Shown here piece after piece: positions 50,707-53,142 of a DNA stretch of 53,142 nt (positions within the stretch are counted from its first letter, which is position 1; each line of letters starts with the position of its first letter). The position numbers and the translations under genes were made by a program. Source of the stretch: Phoronis australis. Lineage: Eukaryota; Animalia; Phoronida. The notes below the pieces were generated by a model. That model had not been told where the DNA came from and did not search any database. It saw only the letters and a program-made list of their open reading frames with translations. The stretch spans positions 354,982-408,123 of the forward strand of contig NMRA01000192.1 of assembly GCA_002633005.1 (NCBI GenBank). Direction: 5' to 3'.

Positions 50707-53142
50707 CAGATCACACAAGCCTTCGGGCGCGACGTCCGTGACCACGATAACTTTTCACTCGATTGTTTTGAACAAACTACAAAGCAAAAAGGTCTGGGAA
50801 CTCGCTGAAAATTCCCTCAGATGTTGAAGGGCTGCCTAGCTCCTTGTACTCGAGATTGAATGGTTCCCCCGAAAATTACTCCGCCCTCTGTCGGTTCTCC
50901 TACAAAGAACTCCAGGGCCCTGGGCCATGAGTCAAACGAGTTAATCCGTCGTGTCAATTCAGGGACGAATTCTAGGGGCGAGTGATAGCCAACAGTCCCG
51001 CCCTCGATAGACACGGCGGTGTCGGATTTAAGTTGTCTTCTCCGTGGTCCAGCTAAGTCCTGGAGTTGCTGTCTTGAAGAACCGGTAGGAGGCGAGGCCA
51101 TCTTCGCGGGAACCAGTCAATCATTCGTCGCCAATGGTTTAACGCTAACAGATGGCGCTGTGCGTAATAACAAGTCCCATGGCAAGTGTGACAGGCTGCC
51201 TGAGAGGAAGTGCTGGACCCTATTGGATTATTCCCGAACAATGAGCTGTAATTCTGACCAGTTGTTCCGAGAATTATGATACGAAAAAATGTTTGCCTTT
51301 CATAGGCGAAAAATGAAAATACATCAGCAAAATCTTCAGACTTCTCTCGTTCTTGGTGAGCAAATGATTATTCAGGTTAAAATTGATATGGATTACAGAC
51401 ACATTTTACCTTGCTTAGTAGATTTGTTGCAGGCAAGTTCTAAAACTTTTGTTTGTTTGCCTAAACAACCTTTACTCGTTTGCTTTCATGACTTATGCTT
51501 TATTATTTAATTTCATGCAGAATTAAATTTCACTCTTTTCTGTCCGGCAGAAATTCAAATTTTGTCTACATATTCCCGCCTACAAGGAACGGATTCATGT
51601 AAGATTTTCATGTTAATTATGGGATTAACATCTAGAACTATTATTGTTGAATCCCAAAACGCTTTGAAAGCCTTTAAGCCTAACATTCACGTAGCTCCAG
51701 AGACCGCGGTACTGCGCAAGCCGACACTTTCAGAATTAAAAGAAGTCTTCGCTTGTGACAATAACAGGTCTAAGTTAAATGTTTGTCTTCACCAACAAGT
51801 TCCATGCCTTATGGATCCGAGCAGCGCCGCCCTGTTAACAGGCGGCACTGGCTCAAAATTGCGGTATTCGTAGTTTCGAATCCACTGGGAGACAAAACTA
51901 GCGTTGTAATATCTTATTGACATCCGGTAAGGTAATGTTCATGACAAGTAACCACATGTGGCACTTATCTAAGATAATGTAATATCAAGCACCAAAAACC
52001 ATACCAAGTGACCCTTTCTGCCTTCCATAACTTTTTTCTTCCCCTTCTCGTAAATCCCCCATTTGTCGAACTATTTTTGAGCGGACTTACAAGTTGTTGC
52101 CAATTCGTGCGATGTGTTGTCTGGTAGCTCCATGAGAGTCTACTCGCGAACGAGACGGTCTCGCCATCTAGTGACTGTTATTCGTATTAAAGATGGTAGT
52201 ACATATCCAAAACGAGGCTTTTTAAAATACCAAGCTACGATCGGATTTGTATGTACATTTCAACATTTCAAATTGTCTCCCATTTCTCTCCTTATCTTTA
52301 ATTTTTCTGAGACAAATATTTATTCAATTGCTGCTCAATAACTGTGGAATGCTCCCAGTCTTTGGATAACCTTTATTAGCTTCGGGAATAGAAATTAAGT
52401 CCTACTGTGAACCAAAACAAAGTGTTATCCTCGGGTGGCATTGTAAGCGATGGGCATCGTGATCGCAATTCATGTCCTTCATGTTCTTAAGTTACGTCAG
52501 TGAGGGTTGTAAAGGTGTGCTTTTTATTCAGCTGATTTAAATAAACAGGTTGACCTAATGCTTGATTGACCAATAAAGAACCAGATGTCAAAGATCTACA
52601 CTAGACACAGATTCTAACAGAGCCTGGAATCTAGTAGACTACGGTATTTTCTGGTACTGGATTAGATCGAGGTGTTCGCTAATTCCCGCGGGCATCAGAG
52701 TAACACACAAGTCCACGGTTCCAAGTTCGGCACAAGTAGCGCGTGCCCAGAAGTATGGCAGAGAAGTAGCTACAGACAAGCCGACTGTTACGCTGTGCTC
52801 TTCGAGCCCCTACAATAAAATGCGGATTTCTCTAACAAGGCAAATATATGCTGTTAATTTTGAATACCGTGTAGCTGACTGGAGAGAAAAACTTCCATTT
52901 CATTCATCAATTTTGCTTGTATTCTTTGGATTTCAACTTTGCTTGTAAGCCGATTCTGAGATAATCGCTGACAGTGGTAATTCTAATGGTATATTTGTAA
53001 TAATTCAAGGAATTGTTTTTTCTTTGTATGAATATTGACCATGCGAAGGTTTTCTGAAAATGGGACTGTCATTCCAAATGACCGGATTGAGCGTACGTAA
53101 ATGTCAAAAAGAAAGCTTGGCGAGTGTTTGGCTATACTGTGT

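Noticed and set aside
51410-51439. Minus-strand 30-nt candidate exon ending KSTKQ, like gene A's KSTKL
   Set aside because: A four-residue match with a poor polypyrimidine tract cannot be separated from chance.
1-53142. Prokaryotic systems (CRISPR, operons), tRNA or rRNA genes
   Set aside because: The sequence is spliceosomal-intron eukaryotic DNA; no such arrays or RNA genes were recognised.

Overview
AT-rich, intron-containing animal genomic DNA, probably from an invertebrate bilaterian (inference; the species cannot be fixed from sequence alone). The window holds two ERG/FLI1/FEV-subfamily ETS transcription-factor genes in tail-to-tail orientation, with ~15.9 kb between their stop codons. 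Gene A (+) can be built by hand from GT-AG exons 7675-8071, 16464-16667 (PNT/SAM domain), 17538-17621, 19871-19927, 23832-23918, 24322-24369 and 26171-26703 (ETS domain), giving 469 codons plus an unresolved start. It also has an internal first exon (ATG 19480-19585) that would give a PNT-less 276-aa isoform. Gene B (-) comprises exons 45033-44958, 44314-44258, 43713-43531 and 43146-42572 (296 aa); no PNT exon was found in the window. The most notable observations are: (1) patchwork near-identity of the two ETS exons, consistent with gene conversion across an inverted pair; (2) a homologous CCAAT-box promoter and short first exon retained in both paralogs; (3) an apparently decayed copy of the conserved 48-nt pre-ETS exon in gene B; (4) an 18-aa tandem duplication in gene B. 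The rest is intron/intergenic DNA with MITEs, a Penelope-like fragment, microsatellites and two tandem duplications at single-N joins that are probably uncollapsed haplotypes. Most of the supplied short ORFs appear spurious.
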